Positions 1 through 9,189 of a stretch of 64,000 nucleotides of DNA are shown here, one piece after another. The stretch spans positions 3,495,877 to 3,559,876 of the forward strand of contig CAVVPN010000003.1 in NCBI GenBank assembly GCA_963750165.1, read 5' to 3'. The position numbers and the translations under genes were made by a program. Under the pieces are notes generated by a model. The model did not search any database. It saw only the letters and a program-made list of their open reading frames with translations, and had not been told where the DNA came from. Positions within the stretch are counted from its first letter, which is position 1. Each line of letters starts with the position of its first letter. Source of the DNA: an uncultured Gemmataceae bacterium (lineage in GTDB: Bacteria > Planctomycetota > Planctomycetia > Gemmatales > Gemmataceae).

Positions 1-512
1 AGCGTGCGGATGCCGCGGCCGACGCCGGCTTTGTGCCGCAGCACCGCCACCAGCGCCGCCCGCAGCGCCAGGTAGGCGTTGAGCGAACCGGCCACGTTGC
101 CCGGCACGCGCATGGTCGGCGCCGCGACCAGGTACGGAAAGCGCCGCCCCGCCATCGGCAGGACCAGCGCCGCGCCCACGGGGAGTTCGCCGAGGAATTG
201 CTCCGCGATGGCCGCCATCACGGCCCGCTGGGCGGCCCCGTGAAAGAAGTCGTCGATGCACTTGTCGATGCCGCCGCCCATGTCGCCGAAGCTGTTGGCC
301 GGGCTCACCAGCGCGTCGCACTCCAGGTCGAGCAGGTTGCCGTGAAGCACTTCCACGGCGTCCGCCTCCCGAAAGGCTGAGGCCAGTTCCACGGCCAGGT
401 CCGCGTTGCTGTCGCACAGGCTCAGACGAAGGGCGGCAGCGGTGCCGGGCCCGAACGGCTTCAGGACTTTCACGTGCCAGCGCCTCAATTTGGCCAGGAA
501 TTTGGCGAGCAT
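1..512 (-). CDS. Macro domain (ADP-ribose binding/processing) protein, 3' end truncated by the window edge
   Basis: Not in the ORF track. Manual translation from ATG at 512 gives MLAKFLAK...LECDALVSPANSFGDMGGGID...YLVAAPTMRVP, with the macro-domain N-x6-GGG signature; the frame stays open to position 1. Confidence 0.8.
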   Translation of the reverse strand, partial: MLAKFLAKLRRWHVKVLKPFGPGTAAALRLSLCDSNADLAVELASAFREADAVEVLHGNLLDLECDALVSPANSFGDMGGGIDKCIDDFFHGAAQRAVMAAIAEQFLGELPVGAALVLPMAGRRFPYLVAAPTMRVPGNVAGSLNAYLALRAALVAVLRHKAGVGRGIRT

Positions 513-520
513 GGTATTCC

Positions 521-575
521 GTAGTGCGGGCGGCCCGCCTGCACGGCCATTGTGCAGGCGGGCCGCCCGCACTAC
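521..575. repeat. GTAG-type REP-like palindrome (family A)
   Basis: Perfect 24-bp arms GTAGTGCGGGCGGCCCGCCTGCAC / GTGCAGGCGGGCCGCCCGCACTAC with a 7-nt loop; its CTA (572-574) is the meaB TAG stop. Confidence 0.85.
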
Positions 576-1471
576 GACCTGAGTAGCGTTTGGAACAACT
601 CCGACACCACCTGGCCGTCATTCAACTCGCCGCGCTGCCACCGCCCCACCAGCGCCGCCACCGCCGGCCCGCGGCGGCCGAAGCGCTCCGCCAGTTCCTC
701 CTGCGCCAGCCGGAGCAGCGCCGCCGTGTTCTGCGCTTGCCGCCGCCGGGACGGCAGTTCGCGCACCAGCCGCGCCAACTCCTGCACGCCCTGGTTTTTC
801 TGCGAACTGACGCGCACGATGGGCACGGGCCGGCAGCCCGGCAGGTGCAGCAGCGCCTGCAACTGCGCCTCGACGCGATCCGCCCCGGGCAGGTCCGCCT
901 TGTGGACGACGACCACGTCCGCGACCTCCAACACGCCCGCCTTCTCCCACTGCAGGTCGTCGCCCGCCTCCGGTTGCACCAGCAGCACGACCACATCCGC
1001 CAGGTCGCGCACCGCCACGTCGCCCTGCCCCGCCCCGACCGTCTCGATCAGGATCAGGTCGAACCCGAAGGCGTCCAGTAACCGCACCAGCAGCGGCAGG
1101 TGCTCGGCCACGGCGCCGCGGCCGGACAGCGCCGCCAGGCTGCGGATGAAAACGCCGTCGTCGTCCGGCCGGCTCGGCATGCGGAAGCGGTCGCCGAGCA
1201 GCGCCCCGCCAGACAGTGGACTCTGCGGGTCGCACGCCAGCACTGCGACCGTGGTCCCGTCCGCACGCAGCACCTCGATCAGCTTGCCGATCAACGTGCT
1301 CTTACCGACGCCGCCGCTGCCGGTGACCGCGACGACCCGGCCGCGCGGCGGTCGCTCACCCAGGGCTGCGGCGATCTCCGCGGTCGCCTCCCCGCGCGCC
1401 GCCAGGCTGAGCAGGCGCGACAGGGCGCGGCGGTCGCCGTGGCGGAAGCGGTCGAGCAGATCAGTCAGCAT
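572..1471 (-). CDS. meaB: MeaB/ArgK-family G3E GTPase, chaperone of B12-dependent acyl-CoA mutase
   Basis: P-loop GSGGVGKST, DPQSPLSGGALLGDRFRM, ETVGAGQ, HKAD; adjacent to mutase subunits. Confidence 0.93.
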   Translation of the reverse strand: MLTDLLDRFRHGDRRALSRLLSLAARGEATAEIAAALGERPPRGRVVAVTGSGGVGKSTLIGKLIEVLRADGTTVAVLACDPQSPLSGGALLGDRFRMPSRPDDDGVFIRSLAALSGRGAVAEHLPLLVRLLDAFGFDLILIETVGAGQGDVAVRDLADVVVLLVQPEAGDDLQWEKAGVLEVADVVVVHKADLPGADRVEAQLQALLHLPGCRPVPIVRVSSQKNQGVQELARLVRELPSRRRQAQNTAALLRLAQEELAERFGRRGPAVAALVGRWQRGELNDGQVVSELFQTLLRS

Positions 1472-1880
1472 GGCCGGACCTCTCCGGGGCAGCCTGCCGC
1501 AGGAAATCGACGATCTCCTGCATGGTGGTGCCGGGGCCGAAGACGCGGGCGACGCCCAGTTCCAGGAGCTTCGGCACGTCCGCCTCGGGGATGATGCCGC
1601 CGACGAGCAGGCCGACGTTGTCGAGGCCGGCGTCGCGCAGCAGTTGGAGGACGCGCGGCACCAGGGTCAGATGGGCGCCGCTGAGGATGCTGAGGCCGAG
1701 CCAGTCGGCGTCCTCGTCGGCGACGGTGCGCACGACCGCCTCGGGCGTCTGCCAGAGGCCGGCGTAGATGACGTGACAGCCGGCGTCGCGCAGCGCCCGC
1801 GCCACGACCTTGATGCCGCGGTCGTGGCCGTCGAGGCCGACCTTGGCGAGGACCACACGCAGGGGGGCCGGGTTGGACAT
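1461..1880 (-). CDS. Cobalamin-binding small subunit of acyl-CoA mutase (IcmB-like)
   Basis: DGHDRG (DxHxxG) B12 motif, GLSILSGAH, VGGIIP, FGPGT. Confidence 0.92.
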   Translation of the reverse strand: MSNPAPLRVVLAKVGLDGHDRGIKVVARALRDAGCHVIYAGLWQTPEAVVRTVADEDADWLGLSILSGAHLTLVPRVLQLLRDAGLDNVGLLVGGIIPEADVPKLLELGVARVFGPGTTMQEIVDFLRQAAPERSGHAD

Positions 1881-1891
1881 CGGTTCCTCGC

Positions 1892-2254
1892 TCAGCGCCA
1901 GTTGTTGAGGATGGCCACCTGGTCGGTCATGACGAATCTGGATCGCTCCAGGTTCCCGACGGCGGCTACAATATGCTTGGGTCTCATGTTATGTTTCGGG
2001 TCATCGTCATACCGCACAATCATCATGCCCGGGTGACTGCCACCGGAGGCGTGGATGAGTAAATCCAGGTCTTCAAAATCCTCATGGTCACCGGTCAGCA
2101 CGATCAACCCCTGGCGGACGGCATGTTCCAGGTGCCGCGGGTCCGACGCGCCGCCGAGTCCCACATCTCGTGGAAGGACCACGTCATGATCAGCCTTTTT
2201 CAGCATCCCCACGAGGGTCGGGTCTGCAAGGTTATCGTCCAGGTAAATCTTCAT
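1892..2254 (-). CDS. DUF5615 / VapC45-like PIN-domain toxin
   Basis: MKIYLDDN start, SD, LTGDHEDF, HPGMM pattern; 120 aa; ATGA overlap with the DUF433 gene. Confidence 0.8.
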   Translation of the reverse strand: MKIYLDDNLADPTLVGMLKKADHDVVLPRDVGLGGASDPRHLEHAVRQGLIVLTGDHEDFEDLDLLIHASGGSHPGMMIVRYDDDPKHNMRPKHIVAAVGNLERSRFVMTDQVAILNNWR

Positions 2255-2562
2255 GACCCCTCGGCGCGATAATCGGGCGGGGCAAAGGGTGGCTTATCCA
2301 GTCCCCTGCGGCGAATCCCCTCCTCTTCCCGTTCGTAATCCGCATGCACCACGTCCTTGTGGTTCAAGCAGTAATGAATCGCCTCCTGGACTGCTTCCAG
2401 TGGGATTTCATAATCCCTCGCCACTTCCTCGGGAGTACGCGCATCTTCCCCAACCGTCTGACTGTAAATGATGATCGCCCGAATCTTTCGACCCTTGATG
2501 AACAGCTGCCGGTAGTTGGAACCGGGCCGCGCTTCCAGAAACTTGTAACCGTGGTCACACAT
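2251..2562 (-). CDS. DUF433 / VapB45-like antitoxin
   Basis: IKGRKIRA...TPEEVARDYEIPLEAVQEAIHY; start placed at ATG 2562 after a GGAGG ribosome-binding site. Confidence 0.8.
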   Translation of the reverse strand: MCDHGYKFLEARPGSNYRQLFIKGRKIRAIIIYSQTVGEDARTPEEVARDYEIPLEAVQEAIHYCLNHKDVVHADYEREEEGIRRRGLDKPPFAPPDYRAEGS

Positions 2563-2573
2563 GTTGCACCTCC

Positions 2574-4226
2574 CTACCACTTGGCTGCCCCGTCGTAGCG
2601 CCCGAACACGTCCGCCAGCGCCCGCATGATCTCGCCCACCGTACAGCGTGCCTCCGCCGCCTCGATCATCACCGGCATCAGATTCTCCGTCGTCGCCGCC
2701 ACCCGACGAACCTCTTGCAGCGTCCGCTCTACTGCCTGAGCGTTGCGCGGCTTTTTGATGCGTGCCAGCGACGCCAGTTGCTCCTTCTCCACGGCGTCGT
2801 CGATCACCAGCGTTTCGATCGGCTTCTGCTCCGCCTCGGTGAAGGCGTTGACGCCGACGATCAGCTTGCGTTTGGAGTCCACGTCGCGCTGGTAAGCGAA
2901 GGCGGCGTCAGCGATTTCGCGGCGGAAGAAGCCCGTCTCCAGCGCCGCGATCATGCCGCCCAGTTGTTCAATGCGCTCGAAATAGGTGCGGGCCTGCTGC
3001 TGCATCTGTTTCGTCAGAGTTTCGACAAAATAACTACCGCCGAGCGGGTCCACGGTGTTGGTCACGCCGGTTTCGTAAGCGAGTACCTGCTGCGTCCGCA
3101 GCGCCAGCGTGACCGCGTGCTCCGACGGCAGCGCCAGCGTTTCATCCATGCTGTTGGTGTGCAGCGATTGACAACCGCCCAGTACCGCCGCCAGCGCCTG
3201 GTACGCCACGCGCATCAAGTTAACTTCCGGCTGCTTATCCTGCAGCGAACAGCCCGCCGTCTGCGCGTGGAAGCGCAACTTCCAGGAGTTCTCCTTCAGC
3301 GCTCCGTACTTATTACGCAGCGTGTCCGCCCACAGCACCCGCGCCGCCCGGTACTTGGCGATCTCCTCGAAAATATCATTGTGGGCGTTGAAGAAGAAAC
3401 TGAGCCGTGGCGCAAAGCGATCAATGTTCATGCCGCGGGCCAGACAGGTTTCCACATAATGGAAACCGTCCGCCAGCGTGAACGCCAGTTCCTGCACAGC
3501 AGTCGAACCGGCCTCGCGGATGTGATAGCCGCTGATGCTGACGCTGTTCCACTGTGGCACCTGCTCGGCGCAAAACTCGATCACGTCGCACACCAACCGC
3601 ACGTGCGGCTCCGGCGGAAACACAAACTCGTTCTGCGCGTGGAACTCCTTCAAAATATCATTCTGGAGGGTGCCGCGCAGCTGCCGCCAGTCGATACCGC
3701 GGTCGCGGGCGTTGGCCAGGTAGAACGCCATCACGATGATGGCCGGCGCGTTAATCGTCATGGACACCGACACCTCGGCCAGTTCGATGCCGCCGAACAG
3801 CACCGCCATGTCGTCAAGCGTATCGACCGCGACGCCGAGCCGGCCGACTTCGCCGAGCGCGAGTGGATCGTCGCTGTCCAGGCCCATGAGCGTCGGCAGG
3901 TCGAACGCGGTGCTCAGGCCGGTTTGGCCCTTCGAGAGCAGGAACTTGAAGCGCTCGTTGGTCTGCCGGGCGGTGCCGAAGCCGGCGAACTGGCGCATCG
4001 TCCAGAGACGGCTGCGGTACATCGAGGCGTGGACGCCGCGCGTGAACGGGTATTGGCCGGGGTAGCCGAGGTCGGCGTCGGGGTCGAAGCCGTTGAGGCT
4101 ATCGGGCGTGTACAGCGCGTCGATGGGCACGCCGCTCACGGTGGTCGGCGGTTGCTCGCGCACGGGCGCGGCGGCGTTTTCCTTCTCCCAGCGCTCGGCG
4201 GCGGTGCGGTCGGTGACGGTGGCCAT
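2574..4226 (-). CDS. B12-dependent acyl-CoA mutase large subunit, isobutyryl-CoA mutase (IcmA)-like
   Basis: PGQYPFTRG, WTMRQFAGFG, QNDILKEFHAQ, SISGYHIREAG, QSLHTNS; no fused B12 domain. Confidence 0.92.
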   Translation of the reverse strand: MATVTDRTAAERWEKENAAAPVREQPPTTVSGVPIDALYTPDSLNGFDPDADLGYPGQYPFTRGVHASMYRSRLWTMRQFAGFGTARQTNERFKFLLSKGQTGLSTAFDLPTLMGLDSDDPLALGEVGRLGVAVDTLDDMAVLFGGIELAEVSVSMTINAPAIIVMAFYLANARDRGIDWRQLRGTLQNDILKEFHAQNEFVFPPEPHVRLVCDVIEFCAEQVPQWNSVSISGYHIREAGSTAVQELAFTLADGFHYVETCLARGMNIDRFAPRLSFFFNAHNDIFEEIAKYRAARVLWADTLRNKYGALKENSWKLRFHAQTAGCSLQDKQPEVNLMRVAYQALAAVLGGCQSLHTNSMDETLALPSEHAVTLALRTQQVLAYETGVTNTVDPLGGSYFVETLTKQMQQQARTYFERIEQLGGMIAALETGFFRREIADAAFAYQRDVDSKRKLIVGVNAFTEAEQKPIETLVIDDAVEKEQLASLARIKKPRNAQAVERTLQEVRRVAATTENLMPVMIEAAEARCTVGEIMRALADVFGRYDGAAKW

Positions 4227-4232
4227 GATTCG

Positions 4233-5186
4233 TTACTCCTGCAAGCCCAGTTCCTGGAGCGAGGCCGCCGTCAACAACGCCTCGGCGATCTCGATCAAAC
4301 GTTCCTCAGACACCGCCTCCAGGCGCTCGAGCACCTGGGCAGGCAGGGGGCCAAACCGTTTGCTGAGCTGGCGCGCCACCACGGCGCGTTGCCCCTCCTG
4401 GCGGCCCTCCTGGCGGCCTTCCTGGCGGCCTTCCTGGCGCCCCTGGGTCAAGCCTTTTTCGTAACTGGTAACGGCCATCATACGCGCCCCCTTGTACGGT
4501 TCGGTCAACAACAGGTGTTCGTACTCCGCCAGTTGCGGCCCTTCCAGGGGAAGGTACGCCTCGACGCACTCGCACAACAAATACCTGCGCTGGTCGCTCT
4601 GCTGACTGCGACTCAGTCGCTCCAGCGCCTCCGCCTTCAGCCAGCCGCGCCGGTCCTCGGGGATGCGCATCAGCGCCGTCAACGCGATTCCCAGGACGTT
4701 GCCGCTCTCCAGGTATTCTAGCGCCTCCAGCGCCGGCAGGCCGACGTAGGCGAACTCAAAGCGGACCAGGCGGTGTTCCCAGAACCACTCCTCGTACTCA
4801 TCCCAGCCGATACCGTCACGGCCGACGCGCAAATAAAGTCCGATGGGCAGCACGGGCATCCTGTGTCGCGTACGTAACTGGCGGTAATACTCGAAGAAGC
4901 GCGGCCGCAGTTGGGCGATGTTGTCGCGCCATTCGACCTCGATGTGGACCAGCACCAGCCAGGCCTGCTCCCCGCCGGGGCGCGTTTGCACCGCCTGGCG
5001 TACCGGCAACTGTGCCACCAGGTCCACTGCACGCCGCTCACCCTGCGGCGGCTCCAGGAATACTTCCTGTTCCAGCCAGGTGATGTTGTCGAAGTCGAAG
5101 CGCTCGACCCAACCGGGGAAAAACAGGGCGAAGAACTCGCGGAAGAACTCCCGGATCAGTCCCTTGAACCGTTGGTCGTGGTCCAT
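4233..5186 (-). CDS. Rpn/YhgA-like PD-(D/E)xK nuclease with C-terminal DUF4351-type tail
   Basis: MDHDQRFKGLI start, VDLVAQL...HIEVE, (GRQE)4 repeat, RQLSKRFGPLP tail. Confidence 0.82.
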   Translation of the reverse strand: MDHDQRFKGLIREFFREFFALFFPGWVERFDFDNITWLEQEVFLEPPQGERRAVDLVAQLPVRQAVQTRPGGEQAWLVLVHIEVEWRDNIAQLRPRFFEYYRQLRTRHRMPVLPIGLYLRVGRDGIGWDEYEEWFWEHRLVRFEFAYVGLPALEALEYLESGNVLGIALTALMRIPEDRRGWLKAEALERLSRSQQSDQRRYLLCECVEAYLPLEGPQLAEYEHLLLTEPYKGARMMAVTSYEKGLTQGRQEGRQEGRQEGRQEGQRAVVARQLSKRFGPLPAQVLERLEAVSEERLIEIAEALLTAASLQELGLQE

Positions 5187-5195
5187 GACCGGCCC

Positions 5196-6377
5196 TCACA
5201 CTCGCTCCACCACCAGCGCCACCGCGTTGCCGCCGCCCAGGCACAGCGCCGCGCACCCGCGCTTCGCCCCGCGTTGCTGCATGGCATGCAGCAACGTCAC
5301 CAGCACGCGCGCCCCGGACGCCCCGATTGGGTGCCCCAGCGCGATCGCGCCGCCGTTGACGTTCACCTTCGCCTCGTCCAGCTCCAGCCCCTTGCCGCAC
5401 GCCAGCATCTGCGCCGCGAACGCCTCATTCAACTCGAACAGGTCGATGTCCCGCAACGCCAACTTCGCCTTCGCCAGCGCCGCCTGCACCGCCCCCACCG
5501 GCGCGATGAAAATGTCCTTCGGCGCCACGCCGCTGGTCGCGTACGCCAACACGCGCGCCAGCGGCTTCGTCCCCAGCTGCGCCGCCGCGGCAGCCGACGC
5601 CACCACCACCGCCGCGGCGCCGTCGCTCAGCGTCGAGGCGTTGCCGGCCGTCACCGTGCCGCCTTCCGCGCGGAAAGCCGGTTTCAACTTCGCCAATCCC
5701 TCCGCCGTCGTCTCCGGCCGCATGCCCTCGTCGCGCGCCACCGTCCGCGCCTTCGGGTCGCTGCCGACCGTCACCGGCACCACCTCCGCATTGAACGCGC
5801 CGCGCTCCCACGCGGCGGTCGCCCGCTGCTGGCTCTGCGCCGAAAAGCGGTCCTGGTCGGCGCGCGTCACGCCACATTTCGACGCGATGTGCTCCGCCGC
5901 CTCGCCCATGTGCCAGTCCTCGAAGGCGCACCACAGGCCGTCGTGGATCATCGCATCCACCGCCTTCTGGTCGCCGTACTTCCAGCCCGTCCGCGCCCCG
6001 AACAGCAGGTACGGCGCCCGGCTCATGCTCTCCATGCCGCCCGCCACGATCACGTCGGCGTCGCCGGCGCGCACCGCCTGGGCCGCCAGCATGACCGCCT
6101 TCAGGCCGCTGCCGCACACCTTGTTGATCGTCACCGCGGCGATGCTGTCCGGCAGCCCCGCTTTCAGCGCCGCCTGGCGCGCCGGGTTCTGGCCCAGCCC
6201 CGCTTGCAGCACGTTGCCGACGATCACCTCGTCCACGCGCGCCGCCGGCACGTTGGCTCGCCGCAGCGCCTCGGCAATGACGACGCCGCCCAGCTGCGGC
6301 GCCGACAACTCCGCCAGACCGCCCAGGTATTTGCCAATCGGCGTCCGCACGCCGGAGAGAATCAGGGCCTCGCTCAT
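5196..6377 (-). CDS. Acetyl-CoA C-acetyltransferase (thiolase)
   Basis: NKVCGSG (catalytic Cys), [17 protein letters not shown]. Confidence 0.96.
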   Translation of the reverse strand: MSEALILSGVRTPIGKYLGGLAELSAPQLGGVVIAEALRRANVPAARVDEVIVGNVLQAGLGQNPARQAALKAGLPDSIAAVTINKVCGSGLKAVMLAAQAVRAGDADVIVAGGMESMSRAPYLLFGARTGWKYGDQKAVDAMIHDGLWCAFEDWHMGEAAEHIASKCGVTRADQDRFSAQSQQRATAAWERGAFNAEVVPVTVGSDPKARTVARDEGMRPETTAEGLAKLKPAFRAEGGTVTAGNASTLSDGAAAVVVASAAAAAQLGTKPLARVLAYATSGVAPKDIFIAPVGAVQAALAKAKLALRDIDLFELNEAFAAQMLACGKGLELDEAKVNVNGGAIALGHPIGASGARVLVTLLHAMQQRGAKRGCAALCLGGGNAVALVVERV

Positions 6378-6516
6378 GACGACTCCTGTGACTGGAGGCG
6401 AAAAACAGAATCATTAATATGAATTATACCTGGTCTCTGGGCCGTATGCCCAGCCGCGCCGCGCCCCGCTTCGTAAAGTAGCAGCACTGATACGCTCTGT
6501 GTTCCGGCCGAACCTC

Positions 6517-6640
6517 ATGCGCAAATTGCTCGCGGCCAAAATCGATCAGGGGTTGACGGACCAGCAAATTTTCGAGCAGTTGCTCCAGGAACGCGGGCCG
6601 GAACTGCTGCGGCCGCACCTGCGCCCGTGCGTCCTCCAGA
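6517..6640 (+). pseudogene. Possible 3' remnant of a lost gene
   Basis: MRKLLAAKIDQGLTDQQIFEQLLQERGPELLRPHLRP reads like a protein C-terminus (CcmH-like helix pair), lacks an upstream body and runs into a REP. Confidence 0.3.
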
Positions 6641-6698
6641 TCCGAGCCCGAGCGCAGCGCGGGGCCAGCGCTGCCCCGCGCTGGCGCTCGGGCTCCGA
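6641..6698. repeat. REP-like palindrome (family B)
   Basis: GAGCCCGAGCGC(-)AGCGCGGGGC...GCCCCGCGCTGGCGCTCGGGCTC; near-identical to 50685-50745. Confidence 0.8.
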
Positions 6699-6721
6699 CC
6701 AAAAACGCCCTGAGGCCCGCC

Positions 6722-7597
6722 ATGCTGCTGCACACGGACCAGCTGACGAAGGACTACGGTCGCTTCCGCGCGCTCAGCGGGCTCGACCTGAGCGTCGGCG
6801 CCGGCGAGGTCTTCGGTCTGCTCGGCCCGAACGGCTCCGGCAAGTCCACAGCGCTGCGGCTGCTGCTCGGGTTTCTTCGCCCCACGTCCGGCCGGGCCGC
6901 CATCGACGGCCACGACTGCTGGCACGACAGCGTCGCCGCCCGCGCCTGTGTCGCCTACCTGCCCGGCGAGCTGCGCCTCTACGAACACATGACCGGCCGC
7001 CAGCTCGTGCGCTTCCTCTGCGAGCTGCGCCGCCAACCGGTCACCGACGCCGTGGACCGCCTCGCCCGCCGCCTCGACATCAACCCCGATCTGCCCATCA
7101 AAAACCTCTCCTCCGGCATGAAACGCAAGGTGGCCCTGCTGCAAGTGCTGACGCCGCACGTGCCACTGGTCATCCTCGACGAGCCCACCAACACCCTCGA
7201 CCCCACCATGCGCGACGAACTGCTCGCCCAGCTGCGGCGCGCGGCCACGGAGCAGGGCCAGACAGTTCTGTTCAGTTCGCACGTCCTCGCCGAGGTCGAA
7301 CAGGTCTGCGACCGCGTCGCCATCCTGCAGCGTGGCCGGCTGGTCCACCTGCAGGACATGGCGGCTCTGCGGCAGGCGCGATTGGTGCGCGTCCACCTCG
7401 ACGGACAATCGGCGACGGTGCCGGAGTTGCCGGGCGTGACGGTCTGCGGCCGCAACGGCGACCGGCTGACGCTGGAGCAGCGCGGCGACCTGGGACCGCT
7501 GCTCACCTGGCTGGCGGCGCGGCCGGTGCGCGACGTGGTGATTCAGCCGCTGGGCCTGTCCAACATTTACCATCACTACCACGGGATCGACGCATGA
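6722..7597 (+). CDS. ABC transporter ATP-binding protein (ABC-2 exporter type)
   Basis: Walker A GPNGSGKST, LSSGM signature, ILDEP, SSH switch. Confidence 0.95.
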   Translation: MLLHTDQLTKDYGRFRALSGLDLSVGAGEVFGLLGPNGSGKSTALRLLLGFLRPTSGRAAIDGHDCWHDSVAARACVAYLPGELRLYEHMTGRQLVRFLCELRRQPVTDAVDRLARRLDINPDLPIKNLSSGMKRKVALLQVLTPHVPLVILDEPTNTLDPTMRDELLAQLRRAATEQGQTVLFSSHVLAEVEQVCDRVAILQRGRLVHLQDMAALRQARLVRVHLDGQSATVPELPGVTVCGRNGDRLTLEQRGDLGPLLTWLAARPVRDVVIQPLGLSNIYHHYHGIDA

Positions 7598-8472
7598 GCC
7601 TGGTGCTGGTCCGCAAACTGCTCCGCGACGTGCGCTGGGGTCTGCTTGTCGTGGCCCTGTTGCTGGCGCTGTTCGAGTTCCTGTACGCCAAGGTCACGCA
7701 GCAAACGCTGGAGGTGATCGCCAACCTGGGCCCTACCTACAATTTCGGCCGGGCCGTCCTGTTCAAGAGCGAGGCCGGGGAGGTGCTGCAGAAAGTGATC
7801 GGCGGAGAGAAGATCGACCTGGCGAACCCGATGCACACACTGACCGTCGGCTACGTCCATCCGCTGGTGCAGACCATCCTGTGCATCTGGGCCATCGGCC
7901 GGGCCGCCAGCGCAATCGCGGGGGAGATCGACCGCGGCACCCTGGAACTCCTGCTGGCCCAGCCAATCGCGCGCCGCCAAGTGATCGGCTCGCACCTCGT
8001 GGTGGATCTGCTGACGATTCCGGTGGTGAGCCTGAGCCTGTGGTTGGGGACGTGGGTGGGGGCGTGGGTGTTTGGTCTGCTCGGCCCACCGCGGCCAGGA
8101 ACCGTCCACATCGATTTATGGCGCATCGGGCCGGGGCTGTACAACGTGGCGGCCCTGGTGTTCGCGGTCTCCGGCTACACCATGTTCCTGTCGGCGTGCG
8201 GCCGGTTCCGCGGCCGCGTGCTCGGCAGCGCAGTCGTGGTCACGCTGGTGCAGTTCATGGTCAACCTGATCGGCCAACTCTGGGACGTGCTGGAGGGGTT
8301 TCGGCCGTTGACGGTATTTTACTACTACCAACCGCAACCGCTCATCCTCGGTGAGGCGGGAGCGACGGGGCAAGCAGCCGTCAACCTCGGCGTGCTGGGC
8401 GCCGTCGGCGTGATCGGCTATGTGCTGGCGCTGGTGGTGTTTTGTCGGCGCGATCTGCCGGCGCCGCTGTGA
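7594..8472 (+). CDS. ABC-2 type permease
   Basis: Start at ATG 7594 (ATGA overlap with the ATPase); several TM segments; GEIDRGTLELLLAQPIAR motif. Confidence 0.88.
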   Translation: MSLVLVRKLLRDVRWGLLVVALLLALFEFLYAKVTQQTLEVIANLGPTYNFGRAVLFKSEAGEVLQKVIGGEKIDLANPMHTLTVGYVHPLVQTILCIWAIGRAASAIAGEIDRGTLELLLAQPIARRQVIGSHLVVDLLTIPVVSLSLWLGTWVGAWVFGLLGPPRPGTVHIDLWRIGPGLYNVAALVFAVSGYTMFLSACGRFRGRVLGSAVVVTLVQFMVNLIGQLWDVLEGFRPLTVFYYYQPQPLILGEAGATGQAAVNLGVLGAVGVIGYVLALVVFCRRDLPAPL

Positions 8473-8524
8473 CCGGTGTGGTGAATTTGTGAGCATGTGT
8501 CCGTTTTCGGAGCGCGCCGCGGAT

Positions 8525-8893
8525 TCACAGCAGGTCGTCGAGGTCGTCGTCGGTCAACGGCGTGAGCAGCTGGCAACCGACCACCCAGTCGCCGCTGACC
8601 TGTTTGGTGCAGTGGGCGACGCGGGCGCGGAGCTGGTAGACCCGCTGGCTGCGACCCTTCAGGCTGATGACGAACTCCGTCCGGGTTTCGAGCAAGTCGG
8701 GCACGAGCAGACCAGCCCCGTGGCCGGAGAGGTTAAGGATCCAGGCGCGCACCGGTTCCGTTTCGGGGTCGGTGATGAGGCGACCCGGCGTGGCAGGGCC
8801 GCACAGGTAGCGCGTCTCCGAGCGGCGAATGCCCGAAGGCGGCCTGTGAACCTGGCGGAGGTCCGCCGGCACAGGGGTGGTGGGTTGCGCCAT
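8525..8893 (-). CDS. Stand-alone PilZ-domain (c-di-GMP receptor) protein
   Basis: RxxxR (RRSETR) and NxSxxG (NLSGHG) motifs, ARVAHC...VVGC; the start could be 8905. Confidence 0.8.
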   Translation of the reverse strand: MAQPTTPVPADLRQVHRPPSGIRRSETRYLCGPATPGRLITDPETEPVRAWILNLSGHGAGLLVPDLLETRTEFVISLKGRSQRVYQLRARVAHCTKQVSGDWVVGCQLLTPLTDDDLDDLL

Positions 8894-8930
8894 GACTGGC
8901 CACATCTCCTCTCAGCGAATGACCCACTTT

Positions 8931-8959
8931 ACTTTAGGTCATTAATTGACGACTGTCAA
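8931..8959 (-). promoter_or_regulatory. Sigma70-like promoter of the PilZ gene with overlapping palindromes
   Basis: Minus strand TTGACA-17 nt-TAAAGT; palindromes TTGAC-GACT-GTCAA and GTCATTAATTGAC overlap it. Confidence 0.6.
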
Positions 8960-9189
8960 ACAAAGCCCGCCACTAATTCCCACTGAAGCAAGCGAGTCGT
9001 TGGGGTTGTAGGGATCGTCACGGTGGGCGCTCCCCGGAGCGCATCTCTGCAAGGGTCGTGCCGGTTTTTTTCCGCCCACGCCTCAGGTCGGGCAATCGTG
9101 TTCTATAGTTTGGTAGACTCCAGGAAGGGTTTGACTCGCCCCTCGTGGATGGACCACTCCCCTCATTCCCGTCACAGAGTGTAGTGGAC

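Noticed and set aside
4233..5186. Active transposase or IS element
   Set aside because: Rpn/YhgA proteins carry a legacy transposase label, but no IS ends or target duplication are visible.
6378..6720. Cobalamin riboswitch upstream of the B12 mutase operon
   Set aside because: No recognisable B12-box or conserved core by eye; an Infernal search would be needed to exclude it fully.
6499..7593. N-terminal 365 aa of the 657-aa ORF 6499-8472
   Set aside because: It is an alternate-frame overlap of the ABC ATPase; the permease starts at 7594.
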